Assembly (NCBI GenBank): GCA_028023455.1
Contig: JAQFVV010000002.1
Span: 8,804,001-8,868,000, forward strand
Length of the DNA stretch: 64,000 nt
Source: Epiperipatus broadwayi
Taxonomy: Eukaryota; Animalia; Onychophora
Direction of reading: 5' to 3'
Part shown: piece after piece, positions 1-13,078 of the stretch
Layout of the letters: each line of letters begins with the position of its first letter
How positions within the stretch are numbered: the stretch's first letter is position 1
The notes under the pieces: generated by a model
Told to the model about the DNA's origin: nothing
Database searches by the model: none
What the model saw: only the letters and a program-made list of their open reading frames with translations
Translations under genes and position numbers: made by a program

Positions 1-319
1 TAAAGCTTGTAGAGGAATTGGCAATCCTCACTGTTTATAACTTACAAGCTTAAGAGATAGGGTCATGTGATCTATGAAATGATCTATGACTTTTATTTTG
101 ACTATTTATAGTCTCTGCCAAAAAGTCTTATGCAATTTTATATTGCTATGACTACTACTATGTGGCATGGCTGAAGATCTATCAGCCCCATATAGCTATT
201 TGAGTTGGATAGCTGGGTTTGAAGACATGTACATGTCTGAAAATTTCAGATTTTCCACTCAATAGATAACTTTTAGCTAAGTGCTTAGCTTTGGGTTGGT
301 ATTTTTAGATCTAGTGTCT

Positions 320-390
320 GAACCTACCCTGACACCTCTCTGAGGAGTGCCAAAGCACGAAACCATGGTCAGGGGTTTGGGGAGGGGTTC
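320..390 (+). ncRNA. Type I hammerhead ribozyme, copy 1 of 8
   Basis: Stem I CCTCT(335-339)/AGGGG(371-375); core CTGAGGA(340-346); stem II GTGC-CAAA-GCAC(347-358); GAAA(359-362); short stem III with palindromic CCATGG; GTC cleavage triplet (C370). Distal stem I is GAACC(320-324)/GGTTC(386-390). Confidence 0.92.
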
Positions 391-754
391 CTGACAGAGA
401 TATTTTAAGTGCTGGCTCTGGCTAAGCATTTATCATAAAGCTTGTAGAGGAATTGGCAATCCTCACTGTTTATAACTTACAAGCTTAAGAGATAGGGTCA
501 TGTGATCTATGAAATGATCTATGACTTTTATTTTGACTATTTATAGTCTCTGCCAAAAAGTCTTATGCAATTTTATATTGCTATGACTACTACTATGTGG
601 CATGGCTGAAGATCTATCAGCCCCATATAGCTATTTGAGTTGGATAGCTGGGTTTGAAGACATGTACATGTCTGAAAATTTCAGATTTTCCACTCAATAG
701 ATAACTTTTAGCTAAGTGCTTAGCTTTGGGTTGGTATTTTTAGATCTAGTGTCT

Positions 755-3434
755 GAACCTACCCTGACACCTCTCTGAGGAGTGCCAAAGCACGAAACCA
801 TGGTCAGGGTTTGGGGAGGGGTTCCTGACAGAGATATTTTAAGTGCTGGCTCTGGCTAAGCATTTATCATAAAGCTTGTAGAGGAATTGGCAATCCTCAC
901 TGTTTATAACTTACAAGCTTAAGAGATAGGGTCATGTGATCTATGAAATGATCTATGACTTTTATTTTGACTATTTATAGTCTCTGCCAAAAAGTCTTAT
1001 GCAATTTTATATTGCTATGACTACTACTATGTGGCATGGCTGAAGATCTATCAGCCCCATATAGCTATTTGAGTTGGATAGCTGGGTTTGAAGACATGTA
1101 CATGTCTGAAAATTTCAGATTTTCCACTCAATAGATAACTTTTAGCTAAGTGCTTAGCTTTGGGTTGGTATTTTTAGATCTAGTGTCTGAACCTACCCTG
1201 ACACCTCTCTGAGGAGTGCCAAAGCACGAAACCATGGTCAGGGGTTTGGGGAGGGGTTCCTGACAGAGATATTTTAAGTGCTGGCTCTGGCTAAGCATTT
1301 ATCATAAAGCTTGTAGAGGAATTGGCAATCCTCACTGTTTATAACTTACAAGCTTAAGAGATAGGATCATGTGATCTATGAAATGATCTATGACTTTTAT
1401 TTTGACTATTTATAGTCTCTGCCAAAAAGTCTTATGCAATTTTATATTGCTATGACTACTACTATGTGGCATGGCTGAAGATCTATCAGCCCCATATAGC
1501 TATTTGAGTTGGATAGCTGGGTTTGAAGACATGTACATGTCTGAAAATTTCAGATTTTCCACTCAATAGATAACTTTTAGCTAAGTGCTTAGCTTTGGGT
1601 TGGTATTTTTAGATCTAGTGTCTGAACCTACCCTGACACCTCTCTGAGGAGTGCCAAAGCACGAAACCATGGTCAGGGGTTTGGGGAGGGGTTCCTGACA
1701 GAGATATTTTAAGTGCTGGCTCTGGCTAAGCATTTATCATAAAGCTTGTAGAGGAATTGGCAATCCTCACTGTTTATAACTTACAAGCTTAAGAGATAGG
1801 GTCATGTGATCTATGAAATGATCTATGACTTTTATTTTGACTATTTATAGTCTCTGCCAAAAAGTCTTATGCAATTTTATATTGCTATGACTACTACTAT
1901 GTGGCATGGCTGAAGATCTATCAGCCCCATATAGCTATTTGAGTTGGATAGCTGGGTTTGAAGACATGTACATGTCTGAAAATTTCAGATTTTCCACTCA
2001 ATAGATAACTTTTAGCTAAGTGCTTAGCTTTGGGTTGGTATTTTTAGATCTAGTGTCTGAACCTACCCTGACACCTCTCTGAGGAGTGCCAAAGCACGAA
2101 ACCATGGTCAGGGGTTTGGGGAGGGGTTCCTGACAGAGATATTTTAAGTGCTGGCTCTGGCTAAGCATTTATCATAAAGCTTGTAGAGGAATTGGCAATC
2201 CTCACTGTTTATAACTTACAAGCTTAAGAGATAGGGTCATGTGATCTATGAAATGATCTATGACTTTTATTTTGACTATTTATAGTCTCTGCCAAAAAGT
2301 CTTATGCAATTTTATATTGCTATGACTACTACTATGTGGCATGGCTGAAGATCTATCAGCCCCATATAGCTATTTGAGTTGGATAGCTGGGTTTGAAGAC
2401 ATGTACATGTCTGAAAATTTCAGATTTTCCACTCAATAGATAACTTTTAGCTAAGTGCTTAGCTTTGGGTTGGTATTTTTAGATCTAGTGTCTGAACCTA
2501 CCCTGACACCTCTCTGAGGAGTGCCAAAGCACGAAACCATGGTCAGGGGTTTGGGGAGGGGTTCCTGACAGAGATATTTTAAGTGCTGGCTCTGGCTAAG
2601 CATTTATCATAAAGCTTGTAGAGGAATTGGCAATCCTCACTGTTTATAACTTACAAGCTTAAGAGATAGGGTCATGTGATCTATGAAATGATCTATGACT
2701 TTTATTTTGACTATTTATAGTCTCTGCCAAAAAGTCTTATGCAATTTTATATTGCTATGACTACTACTATGTGGCATGGCTGAAGATCTATCAGCCCCAT
2801 ATAGCTATTTGAGTTGGATAGCTGGGTTTGAAGACATGTACATGTCTGAAAATTTCAGATTTTCCACTCAATAGATAACTTTTAGCTAAGTGCTTAGCTT
2901 TGGGTTGGTATTTTTAGATCTAGTGTCTGAACCTACCCTGACACCTCTCTGAGGAGTGCCAAAGCACGAAACCATGGTCAGGGGTTTGGGGAGGGGTTCC
3001 TGACAGAGATATTTTAAGTGCTGGCTCTGGCTAAACATTTATCATAAAGCTTGTAGAGGAATTGGCAATCCTCACTGTTTATAACTTACAAGCTTAAGAG
3101 ATAGGGTCATGTGATCTATGAAATGATCTATGACTTTTATTTTGACTATTTATAGTCTCTGCCAAAAAGTCTTATGCAATTTTATATTGCTATGACTACT
3201 ACTATGTGGCATGGCTGAAGATCTATCAGCCCCATATAGCTATTTGAGTTGGATAGCTGGGTTTGAAGACATGTACATGTCTGAAAATTTCAGATTTTCC
3301 ACTCAATAGATAACTTTTAGCTAAGTGCTTAGCTTTGGGTTGGTATTTTTAGATCTAGTGTCTGAACCTACCCTGACACCTCTCTGAGGAGTGCCAAAGC
3401 ACGAAACCATGGTCAGGGGTTTGGGGAGGGGTTC
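755..3434 (+). ncRNA. Hammerhead ribozyme copies 2-8 (one per unit)
   Basis: Same core at 755-824, 1189-1259, 1624-1694, 2059-2129, 2494-2564, 2929-2999 and 3364-3434. Predicted cleavage after C805, 1239, 1674, 2109, 2544, 2979 and 3414. Copy 2 has AGGG instead of AGGGG in stem I. Confidence 0.9.
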
Positions 3435-4932
3435 CTGACAGAGATATTTTAAGTGCTGGCTCTGGCTAAGCATTTATCATAAAGCTTGTAGAGGAATTGG
3501 CAATCCTCACTGTTTATAACTTACAAGCTTAAGAGATAGGGTCATGTGATCTATGAAATGATCTATGACTTTTATTTTGACTATTTATAGTCTCTGCCAA
3601 AAAATACATATATTTATTTTCAATAAGGTCTTTTATGTAAAAACAATTAACTTTAAATTCTCATTAGTTTTTCTAGACAGTTAAGTAATTTTACCACTGG
3701 TGGATAAATTCAAGTCTGAATTATGATAGATTCTTTTGATTTATTTTTCTTAGATTTTTTTAACTTGGTTCTGATTAGTCTGTTGCTTAAATATATGGCA
3801 ATATAAATAAAGATTATTGAAAAGGGTTCTTTCATGGGCAAAAGTTATGTTTCACCATCTCGGTCTTTAGGCTTCTTCTAGGCATTTCTTTGAGGTCTGA
3901 TCCTTTTCATACTAACTGGAAGACTTTAGGTAGGCTTAGTAATATAGAATGCTTCTGCAGCTAGAACTGAAATCTTTTTGAATTATTCAATGCAGATGTG
4001 TTTTTTTGGTTCTCCACAAATGTTTTTCCTCTTCCTTCTCTTTATAGTCTTTATCCTATAGGTAACTCTTCCCAAAAAGCCTCAGCTCATTTTCATTATT
4101 ATGTATGTAATCCTGTTTTTCATTTTCTAATGATTTAGCACTATTAGCTTTTCATTTTTCTTAAATCTTTTATTATTTTTAATTACAGATTGTTGTTGTT
4201 TGAATTTAATCTTAGTTAACTTTATCAATGACACTTGAAAAAAAAAAATTATCAATAATCTTAATTAGTTTTTTTTTGATAGATTTTAAATTTAATTGAA
4301 TTATTAAACAAGTTACAAAATATATAATTTTGCTTTATAATTTAGTATATTGGGCCTATGCAAAGTTTTACAAAATGTATATTTTATACTTATCTACATT
4401 TAATTTAAATTATGCATATTCAGATAGATATATGATATCTATCCAGAGAATTTTTTAATACATTAATTTTTTTATAGTTTGAGTCAGTAATATTTAATAT
4501 AAAAGTTTATAACATTCCAATATATTTGTTTGCAACATAAAATTCAAATATTTGTGGTTTATTGTAAGAAATATTTATGTAATAAGAGATCAAGTCTTTG
4601 TCTTTTTTACTATGTTAATAGTTTATGAGATTATGGAATACAATTCAAGAATGTCGTAAATAAATTCTATTGATTTGTACATATTCATACCTACCTATTT
4701 GCAGTATATTTTTTCTCTCTTTCCACACAGTCACACTTTTAATACTTAAATTTCAACAAATTTACTATTTTATTTATCATATTACCATACTAATATAATT
4801 GTTATGCATTCTGCTAGATTAATAAGTAATTTTTTTGAGTATGCATAAATATAAATGTTTTGTAAATAATACTTGAATCCGTCAGTCAAAAGATACCCTT
4901 AAGATAAAGATTTTTTTTATTGTAATGCATAA

Positions 4933-5101
<169 letters not shown>

Positions 5102-5285
5102 CAATATCTATTTTTATGTGCATTTCAACATTTAGACTTTAACAGAAATTCACAAAAAAAAAAAAACCATTAAGCAAATTCAAATTACATAAGATTATAT
5201 ATACATATGTGTTATAATTATAAGTTTAATTGTTTTCTAACATTCATAATAAATCGATCACAAAAAATATCAATATTATTAAAAG

Positions 5286-6420
5286 TTAGATTATATACTT
5301 TTTGCAATCTATTAATAATTGACTTGCTGAAGAAAGTATTTTTGCATTTAGTAACTTGAAAGTATACATTTCTCTTAACAGATGACTAGATACTTTCAAT
5401 TCTATTTTCGATATACAGTCACTGATATCAATTTTCCCATCAATTAGCTTTTTCAACAATATCATAACTTTCAATATTCTCCTTTCTTTTAATACTGTTT
5501 TAACATTTTGATGTTCTCCTATTATTAATTTATTGAATCTTTTTTCAACATTATGTATTCTAGACTGAATATTAATTAAATTGAAATTCCATATACAAGA
5601 ACTATATTCTAAAAGTGTAACAACAACAGAAAAAAATAATCTATATTTTATGGAAGTAGATAAATCTCTCCCATATCTCAAAATACAGTCCATCTTTATG
5701 TGCATTAGAAGTAGAATTACTAAAAAATATAATTCCTATAGATACAATCTCTTTATATGTAATAACACCATTCTCAATTTTATATTGATAAGCAGAATTT
5801 TCAGTTTTATTAGTATAGGAAACAATACATGTTTTATTAATATTAATACCTATATCAAATTTTAAAACAAACTATATCTTTTTGAACCTCAATATGATCA
5901 TTATAAGTAATAATTCTTTTGAATAACTTACAAGCATAAGTAAGTATCATACTATTTTTTATGCTTTGATCAACATCACACATAAAAACATTAAAAAGTA
6001 AAGTTGCTAATATTCCACCCTGAGGAACACCTACCATAATATTAAAAAATAAGAATTGATTTTATCCATATACACATAACATTTATGACCACTCAAATAA
6101 TTGCTAAACCACTCAATTAAATGAGGACTAACTCCCAAAATTTTAAGTTTATATAAAAGTCTAACATGTGAAACTTTATCAAATGCCTGAGTCATATCAA
6201 AATATACATCTCATTGTTTCTGATCAGATAAGGCATGAGCAACATAATCAGATATCACCATTAAATTAGGTTCAACAGATTTACCAGATAGAAAACCATG
6301 TTGGTAATTAGGTAACACCTTAATCATATCTACAATTATGTTACTGTAAATACACCTTTTATAAACCATAGCAAAAATTGTAACCAATCCATGATTATAT
6401 TTCTGAACAAAACTTCGCAG
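5286..6420 (-). pseudogene. Decayed Jockey/CR1-like LINE reverse transcriptase and C-terminus
   Basis: Fragments QHGFLSGKS (~6275-6302), GVPQGGILATLLFNVF (ORF 5855-6037) and LEYSSCIWN (ORF 5286-5705), with stops and frameshifts. Boundaries approximate. Confidence 0.75.
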
Positions 6421-6799
6421 GTTTATTTATCCTGCATAAATTCTGAAATGAATATCCCTGCTATGTGAAAACCAGGATGACCATGGAAAAAAATGTGGTA
6501 GAAAAAACAGAGTTTTAGCCCCTGAATGTCATACACTTTGGACTATAAAGAAAAAAAATAACATGTACTCCACAGATACTGAAGTTGAAGATACTTCAGA
6601 TGAAGAGCCTGTCACCATTAAAAAGGTAAATGCATCTTCTTTATTAACTAGTGATAAACCATGAAATAAGGGTGTGTGTGCATATATTTCTAGATAAAAA
6701 CTTTTTTAACATAATTTTCAAGCTATATAATAATACAATTTAACTGTTGCAACAGATTTTCTTTTGATATGTAAAAATATAGTGATGATAATTAGAATA

Positions 6800-9560
6800 G
6801 GATCTTTAAATATTAGGGGATTAAAGTCAGTATAGCAAGATTGTTCAGCTTATTTACTTGTGTTGCTTGAAACAAAGATTTTATAATGAATTTCAGACTA
6901 ATCCATCTAACTGTCTCGGTAATCAAGGATATTCAGTATTCTCTGAAACATTTTCAGTAAGTACAGGAGTGGTGGTAACCAAAACTTGCCTTTTCAATTC
7001 ATTTAAAATAAATATATAGACATATGCACATTAATTATAAATTTATATCACTAAACAGTAACATTAAATGTAGCATTTGTTTAAATATCAAAAAATCATA
7101 AAGTAAAAAATAAGATTATTCAAATTTTAAAGTCCAAAATTAACATCATCAATTTTATTTGATAATTTTAATATGTCACATAACAGCTTTGTTATAACGC
7201 TTACACTTACTATCTTTACTCCATATGAGTGAAGAAAGCTCTCTCTTCCAGAATTCATTCTTTTTTAATAATGGTAAGTTTTCATTACTAATTGATCTGT
7301 TTTTTACTTGCCAACACTGTATCACATGATCAGTCTACTGCTAAAAAAGCTCACCACTATCAGACTATTCCACAATTAGTATTTCATGTAAAAATGATTT
7401 TATACATAGATCACTAGTGTCCATAGGAAAAACAATCAGAGTATTATTCTCAAAAGTATACATCTTTCTTTTCAAACTTGAGATTTAAAAATGGATTCAG
7501 TACAAATAAGAAATCGTCTTTATTAACATTGAGTTATATAATGTTGACCTCATAACAAGAGCCACAACGCCACCTTCAAAACTCTTAACTCTTTTAAATT
7601 AAATACACAAGAGAATTAATTACACATAATATAATATGTAAAGAAGGCTGTTCAAATGTGATTTTTCTGGAAAAAAATATAATCACTTAATTTGAGACAA
7701 ACTCATACATGATCTGAACACTATATTCACTGGACTGGATCAAGGCCCATCAGCTTGCATGTCAGTAGCAATTAGAATACAGGAAGAAATAATCTCTGAT
7801 TACAACATGTTACAACCCCTTTTCATCAATTTTAAAACAAATTACAAAAGAAAAAAAGGTTAAACCTGCTTCATACTTTCTTGGAGGTCCAGAAGATGAA
7901 ATATTTTTTACCCCTAGAGAATTTATACAAAAACTGGCATCAACACCAAACACTTGTCACTTAGGAATACATTGCTTTGTATTAAGACATTTAGAAAATT
8001 TTACTACAGGATATTTGTCTAATTTAGCTCATTTTTAAAATATGGACTATACCCTATTTCATTGGTACTATTAATTAAAACATGTGAAAAAATATCTACA
8101 TTAACTAAGCTAAGATTTATATCAATGAGTTCACTTAATATCAAGCTGTTAAATTAGTTATTAAAGGCAAAATAGAACCCTATCATCCATCTATGTTATT
8201 TAAAATGCAGTTTACTAAGAAGAGCTCATTAGCTTTTTTTATTTAAGACAGTGATTGACACAGTCAGAAATAATAAAAAATGTAGCCTAGTTGTGGTCCA
8301 ATTGGATATAAAATCAGCATTAGACATGGTCCTTATTGAGCTTGTTATTGACACATTAATAAACAGGAGCAATACCTAGATCTTTAATATATTCAATCAC
8401 TAATCTTTTAAGCCGAAAATTACATATTACATTTAAGAAAGAACTCTCTTTTATACGATATTTTTCAAATCCATAAATCTCTGCTAAGTGCTCTTTTTAT
8501 TATCTATATCAATCCTTTACTGAATATAATAGAAAAAGAATTATCAGGGATATATATGCCTGGTTTAAAAGCAAATATTTCCTGTATTGTCTACATGAAT
8601 GATATTGCAGTCTTTCTATCTTTCAAAAACAAGACTAATACCAATTCTATTAAAAATTCTTAGCAGTTACTCAATTAAACATAAGCTGGAGTTCAAGATG
8701 GATAAATATATATGAATACATATATATGTTTGGTCAATATATATGTATTCACACACAACATTTTAAAGAAAAACCTAACCCTTTTGTGGGATTCCCATTT
8801 TATCTGAGTATTTCAGAAATGTGCAGGCAAACACAAGAAAAAAAATAAAATTGAAAATATAATCAATTTGCTTCCAAAATCTTACCTATCATCATATTCA
8901 AAAGTGTTATGATTTAATCTACTAATAATCACTTGAAATTACATATTATTCTTCAATAATAATATACACTAAGTCTTTTAAAAATAAAATAATTTTGTTA
9001 TGTACAAAATTTCTGTGATGGTAAAAAGATTGTTTCAATCTCATTAAAATGTACCCAAGCCATTGTAATACAAAATGGTTTAGGACTACATTCAATAAAT
9101 GTCTAGATTGAAAATACACTAAATCTTATGCTGGTGCACATATATTTCCATATATAAAATTATTCCTTTAAAATTACCCTGACAAATAAGCCTCCAGTAA
9201 ATGGTTACTGGAAAACTTTAATTATTTTGATTCTCAACATTCCACATTTTTCTTACTTATTCCCTCAAAATAAATTTAAATACTGAGATATGTACCAGAT
9301 AATTTACTCTCCCTCTATGTTGAATGAGAAAAGATAATTCTAAATGATTAATAAACAAATTCAAATTCTGGTCATTAAAACCCAAATTTTAGGATTTTCT
9401 GCTGAAGTTAAACCTTGAAGCATGCCCTATCTTATACTTTTACAGATACAGAAGGCACTTCATAAATACAGAAGACATATGCAGGTTATGTCATAGAGAG
9501 ATTGAAACATAATCCCTCTTTTTTTCTAGCACTATTTTTGTTACTATTCACATTATACAA
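6800..9560 (+). pseudogene. Heavily decayed L1/Tx1-like LINE ORF2
   Basis: APE-start-like NIRGLK near 6810, DYxPISL-like near 8045 and LDIKSALD-like near 8302. The motif order matches the copies at 29.5-33.2 kb and 38.2-41.5 kb. Boundaries approximate. Confidence 0.45.
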
Positions 9561-10189
9561 ACAAAAAAAAAACTATAATATTCAGTCTCGTTTACAATCA
9601 TTTGCTAATGGTAACTGTCGATACATTAAGGCAACTACTTTCAGTTTATTCTCTCTGTAATGTATCAAATGCTCTTTTATGTACAGTACCAACCCAAAAA
9701 GACATCCAATTACATTTTTGGAATAAACTGAAACTACTCTGCATAAGGGATGATAAAATTGCATCTTAAAAAATATATACAGCTACCTGGTTTATAATGT
9801 AACAATGCTGAGATTTATAACATGATATAATATATTTAATGGGAAATGAAACAAAGGATGTAAAGACTGATAAAAAAACAAAGTTTTATCAATGAGTAAG
9901 CACTGATTAGATGTATAATAGGGGAGGGAGGAAGATGTAAACCTTAATTTGTAGACCACATGCATATTTTTTGTTTTTTTCAAAACAATTATTACATATA
10001 TCTGCATATGATGAATGAATTATCAATGTAAACTATTTCTTGTTATCTACAACAAAGTTTTCTTTTGAAAGTAATAATAATAAGTTATTATTAGATCAAA
10101 GGAATAATTTTTTTAAAAAAAATTCATCTTGGTTCATATGCACTTGTAAAAATAAATGAAAATAGGAATACTTTATTACAAGAAATTAA

Positions 10190-10560
10190 AAAATACATAT
10201 TTAAATTGTATGATTAATGATTTCAATAAACTTATGCAACCATTTGGAATAGTAGTTTCTTTTCAAATGATCTATTTACATAATACACCAATTCCAGAAA
10301 TGCAAATGAATATAAAATAAAGCTTCTTAATGATATAGACCTAAATGATATTCCAACACAAGTAGAAGATCAAGAAGCTATACTTCTGTTAATAATTCAA
10401 GGCATTAAGCCTCAATGTTTTCATTGTAAAGAATGTGAGCATATAATCAATATATGTCCCAAATTCATATGTCAACATAGTAATCAGATCGCAACTCTAT
10501 CACATCAATGTTTCAAAAAAATTATAATTAATGAATTTAACATCATGGTGAATTCATTTC
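10190..10560 (+). pseudogene. LINE ORF1 relic with CCHC zinc knuckle
   Basis: QCFHCKECEHIINIC (CX2CX4HX4C) near 10415-10460. The upstream INDFNKLMQPFGIVVSFQ is paralogous to ORF 29484-29711 (INDFNKFTQPFGVIVSFQ). Confidence 0.6.
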
Positions 10561-11479
10561 AAACTGGAAAAAAAATTAACTTACAGAAATAACATCTGCA
10601 TTACACTTATTTATGAACGATCAAAGAATATAGAAAATGATCTATGGTAGGAATGTGCATCTATGAAATACATATACAGTATGAATGTACATGTACCAAA
10701 TATATACTATTCAAACTAAGTCACTGATTACAAGTGGCAGAATGAAAGGATGATAAAGGAAGGTTGTGATTGTTTGTAATAGAAAAGGGGAATGGAAGAT
10801 AAAGTGTATCTTGAAAAAGACTATATGAAATAATCAAAACGTTGGATTTCTTTTTCATCATTATAGTCATATAAAAAGCAAGTTTTTAAAAAGGAGTTTG
10901 TTTTATTTCTATCCAAACTTATGAGGATGTTTTGCTTAAAACTAATCTTTTATGATTATGAAAAATAATGTTTGTTAATTTATTTAGTCTGTATATGCAG
11001 CCCTTTATTTTATCCAGAGGCCATTAACCTGCATTATTTACATTAATGGACAAATCATTCTAATTCTTAATAATTTGCAGGATAGTGAAAATGATTGTTA
11101 TTAACTCTTGCTTTAAAATAATTAACAAACTAATAAATATTAAAAGAAACTTTCAGTGAATGACAAGGGTTTGCAATAATTGGTTAATTGCTTTGTTATA
11201 CATATTTCTTTATAGGTTATACTGACTGAACCATAAAATTAAGCATGCCATGACCATTCTGATTTCTAACATATATAAACTTTTACCTAAAATAAATCAT
11301 AACAAAATTTTAATAGAAATGAAATATATATATTTAGGAGATTAAATATCTAATATTAGTGAAATAAAGTTATGATAGTATATAATCAAAGTTCACACAA
11401 ATTAACCATTTTATCATTAATAGTTCATGTTCTGCATTCAAATATTTATAGACATTTTGTGACATAGTATGTATAACAG

Positions 11480-11931
11480 CTATGTCTGCTGGTATTCTGC
11501 AAAGCTTCTGGCTCATTCTTGTTGACTGAAATGGTCTTTATTGATATGCATTTCTATTTTATTCAATGGTCAGCATCTGATGATGTTTTTCTAACTGTAT
11601 GGTGGCTGGTATCTTCCCCAAAACTAGACACTTTTGAATTTAGGTAGCCTACAGTTCACATATAATCTGAACACAACAATCAATGTAATGGTTGTTCAGT
11701 ATATTATGGAAACTTATTTACTTCATGATGGAACTAAACTTGCACTTTGCCAAGTTGGCCAGTGTGGAGCAGATGGTAGGCTTCTCTACTCTGCCATAAT
11801 ATTTCAATACTGCCTCTGACAGTCAAGAAAGGATGAATGAGCAAAGAAAGCACAATAATAAGCATAAGCAAAGCATACTCATTTGATCTTCTGAGAGTCC
11901 CCATTATAAATAGTTTACTGAGCTTTATCAT
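11480..11931 (-). pseudogene. Possible decayed retroviral-type (gypsy/Ginger-like) integrase
   Basis: HLLHTGQLGK...YIDCCVQ...KIP resembles the H2C2 zinc-binding region, and DHFSQ in another frame resembles integrase-core VDHFSK. Very diverged. Confidence 0.3.
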
Positions 11932-12329
11932 GGTTTGATTTCAAGATTCATCTGCTGGTTATAGATTAATCCTATACTTCATTGTGGTCCATGGTGTACT
12001 GATCAATTATAGACTTTACAATTGTTAATTAATAAAATATTTTATTTTAAATTATTTAAATTGATTTAGATTTAATGAGGTCATATACATTTTGTCCATG
12101 CACATACTTATTTATATATTTTCCATCCAATAAAAATGTAAAATCTTTAATTTGAAATTTCTAATGAATTTGAACTATATACATGAAGCATATATATATA
12201 TATCAGTTTAATATTTCATTTTCAAAATTTAATTCCTTTTTTTAAAATGTATATCATAACATACAAATGTTAATATGTTGTTGAACATTGTCATAATTTT
12301 TTTACATTTACTGAAAGTCTTTACAGAAG

Positions 12330-12570
12330 ATAAAAAAAATCGAGAGGGACACTTTGGTGGCTTTTTGTACAAAGAGACTTACAGATGTTTTATTGTATAC
12401 TGCTGCATATAGAACAGTGCCTATTCTTATGGATGAGATCAAAGAAAATGTCATCAAGGGATTACTATTTATACATATTGTTGGATAGGCTATAAAACTG
12501 AGGAATTGTACCATTCTGGATTTGAACATTTCAAAGTAAATTACAAATATAGGTTTGTGAATCCACATTT
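12330..12570 (+). pseudogene. Merlin / IS1595 (ISXO2-like) DDE transposase fragment
   Basis: Across two frameshifts: HFGGFLYKETYRCFIV / RTVPILMDEIKENVIKG / TIYTYCWIGYKTEELYHSGFEHFKVNYKYRFVNP. This matches the family pattern VFGG..RET..CF.V..RT...L...I......TI.SD.W..Y......GY.H..VNH...FV.P. Confidence 0.7.
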
Positions 12571-13078
12571 ATATTAATTACTATCAATTGTTGTGCTTTT
12601 GTGTAATTTTTTCTGTTTTTATAATCATATTAAAAAATAAATAAAAGGAAATATTAAATATGATAGCTTATAGTTAGCCATATTGTTTCCAGAATTTATT
12701 TGAGGCTCCTAAAAATAAATAATTAAAACAAAAAGGCCTAGCAAGCTTCCAGCTTATGGATAACACATAAGTCTCATTTTTTATCCACTTGTTTACATAT
12801 ATAAATCAATTAATATGTTTTTTAAGTTTATTTAATATAAAAATAAGTGATAAAAATCAGTGTGTTTATTATCAGCTGCTTTACTTCAGAGAAAAATATA
12901 CAGCAAATAAAAATTGATAAATATATTTAATTATCTTTTACTTCAAATTATTAACAAGTTCAGAAGAGACTATTATAAAATTGTTTCATATATAATAATC
13001 ATCTTTTTATAACATTAATTTGTCAAATTGAGTATTTATTGTGGCTTTTTATACACCGTCTTTTATGTGCTATCATCA

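Larger units (their letters stand above)
1..3604 (+). repeat. Tandem array of a 435-bp unit (8 full copies plus a partial), hammerhead-containing; retrozyme-like satellite
   Basis: Unit TAAAGCTTGTAGAGG... starts at 1, 436, 870, 1305, 1740, 2175, 2610, 3045 and 3480, and the array ends at ...CTCTGCCAAAAA ~3604. I saw only three variants: a 1-G deletion near 806-809, G>A near 1366 and G>A near 3035. The array runs off the left edge of the window. Confidence 0.97.

Noticed and set aside
1-3604. CRISPR array or multi-copy protein-coding repeat
   Set aside because: The units are identical over their full length, with no variable spacers, no cas genes and no called ORF, in a eukaryotic context.
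6576-6625. Exon-like segment CAG|...DTEVEDTSDEEPVTIKK|GTAAAT
   Set aside because: It is isolated, the frame reads on through the putative donor, and it lies just upstream of a LINE endonuclease relic. It is more likely a low-complexity ORF1 tail.
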